DNA from: Candidatus Nitrospinota bacterium M3_3B_026
Lineage (GTDB): Bacteria > Nitrospinota_A > UBA7883 > JBPRGF01
Assembly: GCA_051418015.1 (NCBI GenBank)
Contig: JBPRGF010000017.1
Location: forward strand, 311,706-375,705
Length of the DNA stretch: 64,000 nt
Reading direction: 5' to 3'
Part shown: piece by piece, positions 1 through 7,656 of the stretch
Position numbering within the stretch: position 1 is the first letter of the stretch
How the letters are laid out: the number at the start of each line of letters is the position of its first letter
Notes under the pieces: generated by a model
The model's database searches: none
The model's input: the letters and a program-made list of their open reading frames with translations, nothing else
What the model was told of the DNA's origin: nothing
Position numbers and translations under genes: made by a program

Positions 1-189
1 CTCCTCCGTGTGGCACTGGGTGCAAATCCGCTTGGCCAGCTTGTACGCCTCGACGGGCGTGTACTCCATGTACCCGTTGGCTTTCGCCTCTTTTATGATG
101 TAACCGGAAACAGGGTTGGGGATCTCGACCAGGGCGACGGCGACGCCGGCCACGGCGGCTATCCCGATCAGAAAACCAAGCTTTCTCAT
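1..189 (-). CDS. Membrane-anchored c-type cytochrome, 5' part only (runs off the window edge)
   Basis: Not in the ORF track. Hand translation from ATG at 189: MRKLGFLIGIAAVAGVAVALVEIPNPVSGYIIKEAKANGYMEYTPVEAYKLAKRICTQCHTEE. It has a hydrophobic N-terminus and a CxxCH motif (CTQCH). Confidence 0.8.
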   Translation of the reverse strand, partial: MRKLGFLIGIAAVAGVAVALVEIPNPVSGYIIKEAKANGYMEYTPVEAYKLAKRICTQCHTEE

Positions 190-239
190 ATCGGCGCCCT
201 CGAAAAAAATTTCAAACCACAATCAAACTAATAGTTATA

Positions 240-255
240 TACATATATTATGCCA
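240..255 (-). promoter_or_regulatory. Possible sigma54 -24/-12 promoter for the cytochrome gene
   Basis: Minus strand TGGCAT-AATAT-ATGTA. GG at -24 is correctly spaced, but the -12 element is degenerate (GT). Confidence 0.3.
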
Positions 256-356
256 TTTCCACCGCCCCGTATAAACCCTTCTCTGGGGAACGGCCGGGGG
301 AAACGGCGCCTGCCATATGCATAAAACCGCCCGGGACGCTTTTCAATCAGCCGGAT

Positions 357-394
357 AAAAAAAGCCGGAACGGCCGCAGGGGCCGCTCCGGCTT
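357..394 (-). terminator. Rho-independent terminator after the 423..803 gene
   Basis: Minus strand AAGCCGGAGCGGCC-CCTGC-GGCCGTTCCGGC followed by a T run. Confidence 0.75.
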
Positions 395-422
395 GGGGGG
401 GAGGGATAAAGCCGATAGACCT

Positions 423-803
423 TTAGTTCACCGTCGCGCAGGCCACCAGCACGTGGTTCACACCGCCGCAAAGCTCGCTCTTGGTGATCATCTCGTCCCA
501 GCCGGCGAGGGCGAGCTCATACTCGCCGAGCTTGTCTCCGGATTTCACGAATATCCCCTCGCCCAGAAGCCTCTCGTAGGACCTGAGGGCGACCTGATGT
601 ATGTCCGCGCGGGGCTCCTCTGAAAGAAGCCTGTCGAACGAGGCCACCACTGGACCAAAGTCATACTCGGGCGAGGGCTCGGTGAACTCCCGGTCAAAAG
701 AGTTTTTCACCGTGTCGAAGTACCCGGCGTTCGCGACGCCCGCGAAGACGACAACCATCGCCGCGGCCAATATCCCGGTCAGCTTTTTTCTTAAAGTCTC
801 CAT
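423..803 (-). CDS. Secreted hypothetical protein (126 aa) with ~20-aa internal repeats
   Basis: ATG at 803 is preceded by a strong AGGAGGTG SD. Signal peptide METLRKK...VANA. Terminator downstream. Confidence 0.75.
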   Translation of the reverse strand: METLRKKLTGILAAAMVVVFAGVANAGYFDTVKNSFDREFTEPSPEYDFGPVVASFDRLLSEEPRADIHQVALRSYERLLGEGIFVKSGDKLGEYELALAGWDEMITKSELCGGVNHVLVACATVN

Positions 804-887
804 TTTCAGCCACCTCCTAAAATAAAAAGTGTTATTCAGGATAACCTGTTGTTTTTCCAAGTTTTTTATCCTTTCACCCAATATAGT

Positions 888-904
888 TACAAGAGGCGTG
901 CCAA
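888..904 (-). promoter_or_regulatory. Sigma54 -24/-12 promoter
   Basis: Minus strand TTGGCACG-CCTC-TTGTA versus consensus TGGCACG-N4-TTGCW; one mismatch at -12. Confidence 0.65.
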
Positions 905-957
905 AACAGTAACTGCTAATATATCAAATAGATACACCCAAAGACCCCTCCCCGCGA

Positions 958-994
958 TGTTCCGGCGCGGGACGCTCTGTCCTCGAAACGGACA
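958..994. promoter_or_regulatory. Tandem candidate enhancer (UAS) sites for a sigma54 activator
   Basis: TGTTCCGGCGCGGGACG (958-974) and TGTCCTCGAAACGGACA (978-994), both TGT-N11-AC(A/G), starting 20 bp apart. An IHF-like TATCAAATAGATA (922-934) lies between them and the promoter. Confidence 0.45.
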
Positions 995-1236
995 GACAGT
1001 CGTCCCCGAAAGGCCGATCGGCCCGTCATCGCGGGAGGCGCGGAGCGGCTCAATATGCGATGTATCAGCGCCTTGGGAAGCTTCACCGCCTGCGCCCCTC
1101 GCGGCGACAGGAAGAGACGAGGCGTTTCAGGGGGGTCATGGACTCATGAAACGCTTGGGGGAACATCATGTTTCAAACAGGAAAAGGCGCTGAAACCGCG
1201 GCAGAGACGCGGCTTTGGGGGGGGGATGGATATAAC

Positions 1237-2655
1237 CTATTTCAAATCATACTTTTTCATTCTGCGCCACAGCGTCGTGCGGCCTATCCCCAGGGCCCTG
1301 GCAGTGGCGGTGGTGTTATAACGGTTTTCCTCCAGGGCGCGTTGGATCGTCTGTTTCTCCGCCTCTTTTTCGACCGGTTGCTCCCCCTTTTCATCCGGTG
1401 TCCTCTTTTCACCAGCGAGGACGGTGGAAAAACGGCCCGGCGGCAGGCAAGAGGCTGTCAGGAGCCTGTCCTTGCACATCACGTAGGCGCTTTCCAGCAT
1501 GTTGTAAAGCTCGCGGACGTTGCCGGGCCAATCGTGGCTCATCATCTTTTTCATGAGCCCCTGTGAGACCCCCTCCACCCTGCGGCCGTATTTTATGTTG
1601 AACTCCGAGATAAAGCGCGATATCAGCAGCGGGATGTCTTCCTTGCGCTCCCGGAGCGGCGGCATCCTCACCTCCGCCCCCGCCAGCCGGTAATAGAGGT
1701 CCTCGCGGAACCGGCCCACCCGCGTCTCGGCGAGAAGGTCCTTGTTCGTCGCCGCGACGACGCGGACGTCGACCTTTCTAGGCCTGCCCTCGCCCACCCT
1801 TTCGATCTCCCGCTCCTGCAGGACGCGCAGTATCTTCGCCTGGAACGCCGGCGAGACCTCGCCTATCTCGTCGAGGAGGATAGTGCCCCCGGAGGCCGCC
1901 TCGAACCTGCCGATCCTGTCGGAGGTGGCGCCGGTGAAGGCGCCCCGGACGTGGCCGAAAAGCTCCGACTCTATGAGCGTCTCCGGCAGGACGGCGCAGT
2001 TGACCTTGATGAAGGGGCCTTTTTTCCGCGGGCTCAGGTGGTGTATGGCGGAGGCGACAAGCTCCTTGCCGACGCCGGTCTCACCGATGATGAGGACGGT
2101 TATGTCCGTCTCGGCGATGTTCTTGACGATCTGGATCGTGTCGCGGATGGCGTCGCTTTTGCCCGTTATGCCGAGGAATGAGTGGGCATGGCCGACGTGC
2201 TCTTCTATCTCGTGCATCCTGGTGACATCGGTCAGCATGACGAGATAAAGGGGCCTGCCGCCGCCTGAGCCGAGGGGGAAGGCGTTCAGCCGTATCCATA
2301 GGGAGGCGCCGTCGCGGCGGGTCATCTGGGTCTCGTATCCCTCGCTCGCCTCCTCTTTTTCTATGGCCTTGCAGAGGCCGCAGGAGCTGTCGCAGACGGC
2401 GGGATGAAAAAGCGAGCGGCAGTCGCGCCCGATTATCTCGTCCCTTGCGTATCCCGTTATCTGTTCCGCGGCCCTGTTGAAAGCGAGGACGGCGCGGTTT
2501 TCGTCGTGGATGAACATGCCGATGCCCACGCTCTCGAAAACCTCCCGGAAAAAACCGGGGTCGAGCCGCGGCGCGGCGGGCGCTTTGCTCTCTGTCATCG
2601 TATCAGGCGCGGACAAGGCGGGCGCGCCTTCCCCATCGGGCCGTTCTCCTGTCAT
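1237..2655 (-). CDS. PAS-domain sigma54-dependent activator (PAS-AAA+-Fis HTH), OrpR-like Cys motif
   Basis: GETGVGKE Walker A, GAFTGA loop, WPGNVREL, C-terminal HTH (TARALGIGRTTLWRRMK). The PAS domain contains C-x8-C-x3-C-x2-C. Confidence 0.93.
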   Translation of the reverse strand: MTGERPDGEGAPALSAPDTMTESKAPAAPRLDPGFFREVFESVGIGMFIHDENRAVLAFNRAAEQITGYARDEIIGRDCRSLFHPAVCDSSCGLCKAIEKEEASEGYETQMTRRDGASLWIRLNAFPLGSGGGRPLYLVMLTDVTRMHEIEEHVGHAHSFLGITGKSDAIRDTIQIVKNIAETDITVLIIGETGVGKELVASAIHHLSPRKKGPFIKVNCAVLPETLIESELFGHVRGAFTGATSDRIGRFEAASGGTILLDEIGEVSPAFQAKILRVLQEREIERVGEGRPRKVDVRVVAATNKDLLAETRVGRFREDLYYRLAGAEVRMPPLRERKEDIPLLISRFISEFNIKYGRRVEGVSQGLMKKMMSHDWPGNVRELYNMLESAYVMCKDRLLTASCLPPGRFSTVLAGEKRTPDEKGEQPVEKEAEKQTIQRALEENRYNTTATARALGIGRTTLWRRMKKYDLK

Positions 2656-2728
2656 GAGCGCTTCCCGCCTTGCGAAAAAGCGGGCGCCCGTCTCATGCCC
2701 GGCGAACCGCCAGGGCTTTCGGCTATCC

Positions 2729-3835
2729 TCAGCCTCCCTCCCCGGCGGCGGAGGAGACGGACTGCAGCGGCCCCGCGCCGGGATCCGGGGCCGCCTCGGC
2801 CTCTTTCGCCACGTTTCGCGCCAGGCTCTCGAAGACCTCCGCCAAATCCGGGTTTTTCTCCCTGTCGAATATGGGAGACCCCGCGTCGGCCTCCTCGCAG
2901 ATCGACTTGACCAGAGGTATCTGCCCCAGAAGGGGCGCGCCGAGTTTTTTCGCCTCTGCCTTTCCGCCGCCTTCGCCGAAGATGTGGGCCACGTCGCCGC
3001 ATTTTTCGCACTTGTAATAGCTCATGTTTTCCACGATTCCGAGGATGTTCGTCTCCGTCTGGCGGAACATGGCCACGGCCCGGCGCACGTCTATGAGGGC
3101 GATGTCCTGCGGCGTGGTGACCACTATGGCGCCGTCGATGGCAAGCTGCTGCACGAGAGACAGCGGCACGTCGCCAGTGCCCGGCGGCAGGTCCACCACC
3201 AGATAGTCAAGCTCGCCCCATTTCACCTGGCTCATCAGCTGGTCCAGAAGCTTCATCACCATCGGCCCGCGCAGCACCATCGCCTCCTCGTCGCCGACGG
3301 CCATGCCGATGCTTATGACCTTCAGGCCCTTCACCTCGAAGGGGAGGATATTCTCGCCCTCCACCTCCAGCGGGCCCTTGGCGCCAAGCATCTTGTGGAC
3401 CGAGGGGCCGAAGATATCCAGGTCCAGAAGGCCCACCTTGTTCCCCAGCCGGGAGAGGGTGTACGCAAGGTTCACCGCCACCGTGGACTTGCCCACGCCC
3501 CCCTTGCCGGAGGTGACGGGGATCACCTTTTTGACTCCCGGTATCCTCTTGCGCCGGAAGGGTGACTCGCCCTGCGGCGCCTTCGGCCGGGCGGGCGCTC
3601 CGCCGGGCAGGACGTGGACCTCGGCGCCGGGGGCTATCTCCTTCACGGCGGCGGTGATCTCCCGGATCAGCCTGCCGATCGTCCCCTCGTCGGCGGATAT
3701 CTCCTTGAGGGATATTGTCACGGAGTCCGGCGCGGCCTCCACCCCGGCCACGGCGCCCATGCTGACGATGTCGCGGTCGAAACCGGGGTATTTTACTTTT
3801 CTGAGCTCTTCTAGAACCTGGTCCTTGTCCGGCAT
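2729..3835 (-). CDS. apbC: Mrp/ApbC/NBP35 Fe-S cluster carrier ATPase
   Basis: N-terminal DUF59-like segment (YPGFDRDIVSMG), GKGGVGKST, DLPPGTGD, ENMS, CEKC. Confidence 0.93.
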   Translation of the reverse strand: MPDKDQVLEELRKVKYPGFDRDIVSMGAVAGVEAAPDSVTISLKEISADEGTIGRLIREITAAVKEIAPGAEVHVLPGGAPARPKAPQGESPFRRKRIPGVKKVIPVTSGKGGVGKSTVAVNLAYTLSRLGNKVGLLDLDIFGPSVHKMLGAKGPLEVEGENILPFEVKGLKVISIGMAVGDEEAMVLRGPMVMKLLDQLMSQVKWGELDYLVVDLPPGTGDVPLSLVQQLAIDGAIVVTTPQDIALIDVRRAVAMFRQTETNILGIVENMSYYKCEKCGDVAHIFGEGGGKAEAKKLGAPLLGQIPLVKSICEEADAGSPIFDREKNPDLAEVFESLARNVAKEAEAAPDPGAGPLQSVSSAAGEGG

Positions 3836-3844
3836 TTCGCCTCC

Positions 3845-4090
3845 TTACATTATCGCCTGAACGGCGGTCACTCCGGGAACCTTCTCCATCAGGGTCCTCT
3901 CTATGCCCATCTTCAGCGTCATCGTGGCGGAGGGACAGCCCGAACACGACCCCTGCAGCCTCACCAGGACGACCCCCTCGTCGTTGACGTCGATAAGCTC
4001 CACGTTTCCGCCGTCGGCCACGAGGGCGGGCCGGATCTCGTCCAGGGCGGCCTCGATTTTCGCCTTGTCCACCTTCACGTTCTCTGTCAT
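3845..4090 (-). CDS. NifU C-terminal / Nfu-type Fe-S carrier
   Basis: IRPALVADGGNVEL...LQGSCSGCPSATMTLKMGIE. Confidence 0.93.
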   Translation of the reverse strand: MTENVKVDKAKIEAALDEIRPALVADGGNVELIDVNDEGVVLVRLQGSCSGCPSATMTLKMGIERTLMEKVPGVTAVQAIM

Positions 4091-4196
4091 TTATCCTCTC
4101 TCCTCTTTCTCAATTTGCTGATTTTACGGCTTTTTCAAGACGCTCCGCCGGTCCCGGGCGCCAGCCTCACCTGCATGTTACAACAAAACCACCCAA

Positions 4197-4221
4197 ATGT
4201 CATACTAAAATAGTCAAGTAT
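4197..4221 (-). promoter_or_regulatory. IscR type-1-like (Rrf2) operator overlapping a candidate -35 of the nfu-mrp unit
   Basis: Minus strand ATACTTGACTATTTTAGTATGACAT matches 21 of 25 positions of ATASYYGACTRWWWYAGTCRRSTAT. Candidate promoter ATGACA-N17-TAACAT. Confidence 0.6.
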
Positions 4222-4403
4222 TATAGATGAAAAGAGCCTCCATGTCGATTCACTGAATCTTTTTATTACTCAAGGAATCTACTGAATACCCCTTTATTCG
4301 GGGGCGGGGGGCGCGGAACGGGCCGCGCGGTCTTTATGAAGGCGAAGCATGGGGAGAGAGGCAGACCTTTCAACCATTTAAAACCTAAAGGGGAGTCTTG
4401 AAC

Positions 4404-5789
4404 ATGCGAAAACTCTATCTTCCGCTCGTCCTGTCGGGCGCCTTTGTGTTCTTAGCGCAAAGCGCCTGGGCGACCAACGGGCACCAGATGATAGGCGTGG
4501 GAACCTATCAGAAGAGCATGGGCGGCGCCACCACCGCGGCGCCTTACGACACCACCTCGGCCGTGGCGAACCCGGCGGGCCTTGCCCTCATCAACAGCAG
4601 GGCCGACCTCTCCTTCGAGGGCTTCATGCCCACGCGGACGGCGGACTTCGAGAACCTCGGCGGCGAGTCGAACCAGGGCGGCTCCCCGCTCTACCTCGTC
4701 CCCTCGGTGGGTATAGCGGCCCCCATCGGCGATGACCTCGTCTTCGGCATGGGGATGTTTTTAACCTCCGGGATGGGCGTCGACTACGACACCATGGACG
4801 TCGCCCCCTTCAACGCCGTCATGGGCCAGCTCATGGGCGTGACTGACCCGTCCATGCTGGACATGACCATGTGGAAGGGCAACATTTACAGCCAGTACCA
4901 GTTCTGGAAGCTGGCGCCCTCCATCGCCAAGAGGATAAACGACAACCTCACCGTCGGCGTGGCGCTCAACGTCGACTACCAGCAGATGGGCTTCAAGCAA
5001 AAGTTCTTCGACCCCAACGACTCCTCAAGCTACATGGGCTATGACCTCTCCCGGGCCGTGGGAGCCCTCGGCTTCGGCCTGACGGCGGGGGTGATCTACA
5101 AGGTCAACGACATGTTCCAGGTCGGAGCCACCTACATCTCCGAGCAGAGCTTCGGCGACATGGAGTACCGCCTCTCCGCGGGCGACATCGTTACCGTCCC
5201 GGACAAGATGGGCAACACGCTCGTAAACTCCGACGGGACCTACAGCCTGGGGCTCAACTTCCCGCAGCAGATCGCCGTCGGCGTGGCGGTGGCGCCCATC
5301 CAGAAGCTTAAGATCACGGCGGACGTGAAGTGGATAAACTTCAGCGCCACGTATGACGATCCGACGATCGACGGCGATTTCAACGTGGTCAACGCTCAGA
5401 CCGGCCCCACGGGCCAGACCAAAAGCTCCGCCCCGCTGCCCTTCGGCTGGGACGACGTGATGGTCTACGCCCTTGGCGTCGAGTTCCAGGCCACCCCGGC
5501 GGTGACGCTGCGGGCGGGATACAACCACGGCGACTCGCCGATCAAGGAGGAGGACGTCTTCAACAACATGGCCTTCCCCGCCATCGTCCAGGACCACCTC
5601 GCCCTCGGCGCGGCCTTCCGGCTGGGCGAGAACTGGGAGCTTGGCCTTGCCTTCATGAAGGCTTTCAAGAACGAGCTCGAAGGCAAGAAGGACATGACAG
5701 TCCTCGGCCAGACGATGGACTCCGGCGCCAAGATGGCCCTGGAGGAGACGAGCCTGCTGGCCTCTGTCTCCTACAACATCGGCAGGTAG
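4404..5789 (+). CDS. FadL/OmpP1/TodX-family outer-membrane channel for hydrophobic solutes
   Basis: Signal peptide ending AWA; TNGHQMIGVG..SMGGA...NPA hatch motif; beta-barrel pattern (LRAGYNHG). GGGAG SD before ATG 4404. Confidence 0.88.
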   Translation: MRKLYLPLVLSGAFVFLAQSAWATNGHQMIGVGTYQKSMGGATTAAPYDTTSAVANPAGLALINSRADLSFEGFMPTRTADFENLGGESNQGGSPLYLVPSVGIAAPIGDDLVFGMGMFLTSGMGVDYDTMDVAPFNAVMGQLMGVTDPSMLDMTMWKGNIYSQYQFWKLAPSIAKRINDNLTVGVALNVDYQQMGFKQKFFDPNDSSSYMGYDLSRAVGALGFGLTAGVIYKVNDMFQVGATYISEQSFGDMEYRLSAGDIVTVPDKMGNTLVNSDGTYSLGLNFPQQIAVGVAVAPIQKLKITADVKWINFSATYDDPTIDGDFNVVNAQTGPTGQTKSSAPLPFGWDDVMVYALGVEFQATPAVTLRAGYNHGDSPIKEEDVFNNMAFPAIVQDHLALGAAFRLGENWELGLAFMKAFKNELEGKKDMTVLGQTMDSGAKMALEETSLLASVSYNIGR

Positions 5790-5811
5790 AACCAGCTGTT
5801 ATCGCTCAACG

Positions 5812-5846
5812 AGGCGCCGGGGGATGACCTCCGGCGCCTTTTTTTT
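5812..5846 (+). terminator. Rho-independent terminator
   Basis: AGGCGCCGGGGG-ATGA-CCTCCGGCGCC followed by T8. Confidence 0.85.
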
Positions 5847-6006
5847 CGCGCCCGTCCGAATGAAGAAGCGCCGGGGGTGGAGCCAGTGAAAAATTTGCCC
5901 AAAACCAACGGCGCGGCATTATACGCTTGAAGCCCGGCGTGATAAGGGGCATCCTATGAAACCGGGGGGGGCGGCGCCGGGCCGTCCCTTTGCTTTCTGG
6001 AGGAGC

Positions 6007-6828
6007 ATGACGGAGACAGTGGGAAAGAGCGCCCTGGAGGCGGAGCTGGCAGAGCTTCGCCGAGGGGCCATAGACATGAACATTTCCTTCGCCAGGATGC
6101 CCCCTCTCCTCCGGCGCGTCCGTCTCCTCGCCCTGAATGCCGAGGTCACCTCCCACAGAATCGGCGACCTTGGAGTATCCTTCGGCGTGGTGGTGAAGGA
6201 AGTCAGCTCCATGGCCGCCGAGCTGCGGGAGCTTGTGGGCGAGGCCGAGGAAGCGCTATGGGAGATGGCGCGCCTCGTCGCGTTGTGGATGAGGTCCGGC
6301 CAGACGCTGCGCCTTGGCCAGCGCGCCGTGGACGCCGTCCGGCTGGCCGCCGCGGAGGATGATCCGGAAAAAGGGGGGGCTCCCGCTTTCGAATGGAAAG
6401 ATACCCTGGAGCCCGGCGTTCTCGACGACTGGAAGGACAGGATGGAGACCGCCCTCGGAGGGGAGGGGGCCGAGAGCGTCCTGTGGCCGCTGATCCTGGG
6501 CGCGAGGGCGGAGATCATCAGGCTGCTGGTGGAGCTGGACACGGTGGCGGGGAGGCTCTCCTCGATGATAGAGAGGATCAACCTCGTCGCGGCCAGGAAA
6601 AGCGACTTCCTGGCGGTGTCGGCGATGATAGAGTCCGCCAGGACCGGCGAGGCCGGCGCGGACCTTGCGCCGGTGGCGGAGAGCATAAAGGCGCTTTCCG
6701 GCGACATAGCGGCGGTGGAGCGGGAGGCTTTCGACAAGGCCCGCTCGCTGCGCGGCCTGTCGCGCAGGATCAGGAGGAAGGCGCTGAAAACCATGACAAG
6801 AGGGGGCCGAACAGGAGGAGAGGAATGA
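6007..6828 (+). CDS. Soluble chemoreceptor-like protein with two degenerate MCP signalling-tip segments
   Basis: RLLALNAEVTSHRIGDLGVSFGVVVKEV and FLAVSAMIESARTGEAGADLAPVAESIKALS both resemble NLLALNAxxEAARAGExGxGFAVVAxEV. No TM helix. GGAGGAG SD. Confidence 0.7.
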   Translation: MTETVGKSALEAELAELRRGAIDMNISFARMPPLLRRVRLLALNAEVTSHRIGDLGVSFGVVVKEVSSMAAELRELVGEAEEALWEMARLVALWMRSGQTLRLGQRAVDAVRLAAAEDDPEKGGAPAFEWKDTLEPGVLDDWKDRMETALGGEGAESVLWPLILGARAEIIRLLVELDTVAGRLSSMIERINLVAARKSDFLAVSAMIESARTGEAGADLAPVAESIKALSGDIAAVEREAFDKARSLRGLSRRIRRKALKTMTRGGRTGGEE

Positions 6829-7574
6829 TAAGCGTCGAGCTTTACAACAGGCGCGGGCGGCGCTGGGTATACTTCGGCGGGGACAAGCGCCGCGCCAGCA
6901 CGCTCATCGACACCAACGAATACCTCGTCGAAAACGGCGGCAAGGGGCTGCTGGCCGACCCGGGCGGCACGGAGATATTTCCCGCCGTCGTGGCCGCCGT
7001 CTCAAGAAAGATAAGGATCGCGGACATAGAGGCCATTTTCGCCTCCCACCAGGACCCGGACATCGTATCGTCCCTGTCGCTCTGGATGGGGCTTATCGAC
7101 GGGCTGGATGTCTACGCATCGTGGGTGTGGAAGCTTTTCATCCCCCACTTCGCCGGGGGCGCCGCCATCCGCGCCATACCGGACGAGGGCATGACGATTC
7201 CCCTCGGCGGTTCGAGCGATCTCGTGGCCGTTCCGGCCCACTACCTGCACTCCTCGGGCAATTTCAATCTCTACGACCCGCAGGCCAAAATTCTCTTTTC
7301 AGGCGACATCGGCGCGGCCCTCATGCCGGAGGGGGAGGTGTTCGTGAAGGATTTCGGCGGACACACGCAGTACATGGAAGGGTTCCACAAGCGCTGGATG
7401 CCCTCCAACACCGCCAAAAACGACTGGGTAAGAAGGGTGAGGGACCTCGACGTGGAGATCATGGCCCCCCAGCACGGCGCAATCTTCCGTGGTGACGACG
7501 TAAAACGTTTCCTGGACTGGTTCGAGGCCCTGGAGGTGGGCTCGGCCGTCCGGATGGAAAAGGGGGAAAGCTAA
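6825..7574 (+). CDS. Metallo-beta-lactamase-fold di-iron protein (ODP-like, FDP N-domain)
   Basis: ATGA overlap with the upstream stop; SHQDPD, HYLHS, FSGD and PQHG ligand motifs; no flavodoxin domain. Confidence 0.85.
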   Translation: MISVELYNRRGRRWVYFGGDKRRASTLIDTNEYLVENGGKGLLADPGGTEIFPAVVAAVSRKIRIADIEAIFASHQDPDIVSSLSLWMGLIDGLDVYASWVWKLFIPHFAGGAAIRAIPDEGMTIPLGGSSDLVAVPAHYLHSSGNFNLYDPQAKILFSGDIGAALMPEGEVFVKDFGGHTQYMEGFHKRWMPSNTAKNDWVRRVRDLDVEIMAPQHGAIFRGDDVKRFLDWFEALEVGSAVRMEKGES

Positions 7575-7656
7575 GCCCCTTAAAGCCGCGCCGCCGTGTG
7601 CGAAAAACGGGGTCAGGTCTCGTGTCTTGACACTTTGCCGGCGCCCCCGCGCCGCG

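Noticed and set aside
6393..6824. N-terminal extension of the 393-aa ORF
   Set aside because: Out-of-frame overlap with the receptor gene; the ATG at 6825 has an SD and an ATGA coupling.
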